Assembly (NCBI GenBank): GCA_044345055.1
Contig: JBIJBT010000063.1
Location: 1 to 16,443, forward strand
Direction: 5' to 3'
Source of the DNA: Bdellovibrionota bacterium
GTDB lineage: Bacteria; Bdellovibrionota_C; UBA2361; OMIW01
Length of the DNA stretch: 16,443 nucleotides
Part shown: positions 15,684 to 16,443 of the stretch, piece after piece
Layout of the letters: the number at the start of each line of letters is the position of its first letter
Numbering within the stretch: the stretch's first letter is position 1
Notes under the pieces: model-generated
The model's database searches: none
Told to the model about the DNA's origin: nothing
Seen by the model: the letters and a program-made list of their open reading frames with translations, nothing else
Program-made: the position numbers and the translations under genes

Positions 15684-16443
15684 TTAATCAACTCGAGGTA
15701 ATGGTATGCCTTCAGAAGCCTCCTCCTCTATCAAAACCGAGACGTATTCGCGAAGAGCCCTTAAAACCCACTCGGCATTTTTAGAAATAACCCCATCATT
15801 CCGAATTAGGCCAGGTTCTGTTAGAAGTTTTGCGACAATCATCGCACAATCTTGACCCTCGTTAGTTCCCGTTCGGCACAACCAGATTATTCCATCCGTA
15901 ACTTCTTTTTGTCTGGGTAAATTGAGAAGGTTTATAGATCCGTCCTCTTGGGTGGAAGAATTGATCCAATTGTTTAAAAAATTCAAAATCTCTCTTTCTC
16001 CAAACCCTTCTAATTTATGGATTTTACTATTATTCACCTCGGCCCACTTAAATGTAAGCCTAGTGTCATTCAAAAATTTATTGACGAGTTCATTGAGTTT
16101 CAGAGACTCAACAATTGGTTCTAGGAGTTTTTTGGGGTGTAATGCTTCTGCTAATTTAAAAATATTTTTATCGAGTTCAGCAAGGTCTGATAAATTACTC
16201 GTAATAGGAGGCACCGGTTTTGCTTCTCGTGTATTTTGAAATATTGATACCTCCCTATTCAACATTCCGTCTGCAATCGCCAGTATCTCTCCCGTATCGT
16301 TCCTTATACCCTCCCTCACGTTCAATGCTAGTTTCTCACGCGACATTCCCCAATCAATCCTAGGTGTCTGAAGCATTAAAATCGCCGTCAAAAGCGCGTG
16401 AGGACCGCTGAGACTGGCATTGACGCCTATCAAGGAAGATAGT
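15684..16443 (-). CDS. Hypothetical protein, 3' part (frame open to the right edge)
   Basis: More than 249 stop-free codons in visibly AT-rich DNA; stop converges 27 bp from the ACAD stop; helical-looking composition; no recognised motif. Confidence 0.7.
   Translation of the reverse strand, partial: LSSLIGVNASLSGPHALLTAILMLQTPRIDWGMSREKLALNVREGIRNDTGEILAIADGMLNREVSIFQNTREAKPVPPITSNLSDLAELDKNIFKLAEALHPKKLLEPIVESLKLNELVNKFLNDTRLTFKWAEVNNSKIHKLEGFGEREILNFLNNWINSSTQEDGSINLLNLPRQKEVTDGIIWLCRTGTNEGQDCAMIVAKLLTEPGLIRNDGVISKNAEWVLRALREYVSVLIEEEASEGIPLPRVD

Noticed and set aside
987..16239. Remaining short ORFs nested in or antisense to the main genes
   Set aside because: They overlap well-supported genes and show no motifs or RBS support.

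Overview
Bacterial chromosomal window from a Gram-negative (LPS-producing) organism, dominated by cell-envelope glycan genes. From left to right: (1) the 5' part of a heavy-metal P1B-type ATPase on the minus strand, running off the left edge and missed by the ORF track; (2) an AT-rich divergent intergenic region with a double-palindrome operator-like site; (3) a three-gene wza-wzc-GT4 polysaccharide export module; (4) a convergent minus-strand pair encoding a secreted glycoside-hydrolase-like protein and a secreted Pro/Thr-linker surface protein; (5) waaA-lpxK; (6) an intergenic tandem-repeat element; (7) a polyprenol-phosphate GT2, a DprE1-like flavoenzyme, pgl and an acyl-CoA dehydrogenase; (8) the 3' part of an AT-richer unknown gene. 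The two most interesting signals are inferences from recalled family motifs, not database searches. First, the surface protein resembles the domain of cyanobacterial PEP-CTERM (XDD3-type) proteins, but appears circularly permuted and ends in a Cys-rich helical domain instead of PEP-CTERM. Second, a mycobacterial-type DprE1 homologue lacks its usual dprE2/ubiA neighbours and sits beside lipid A genes.
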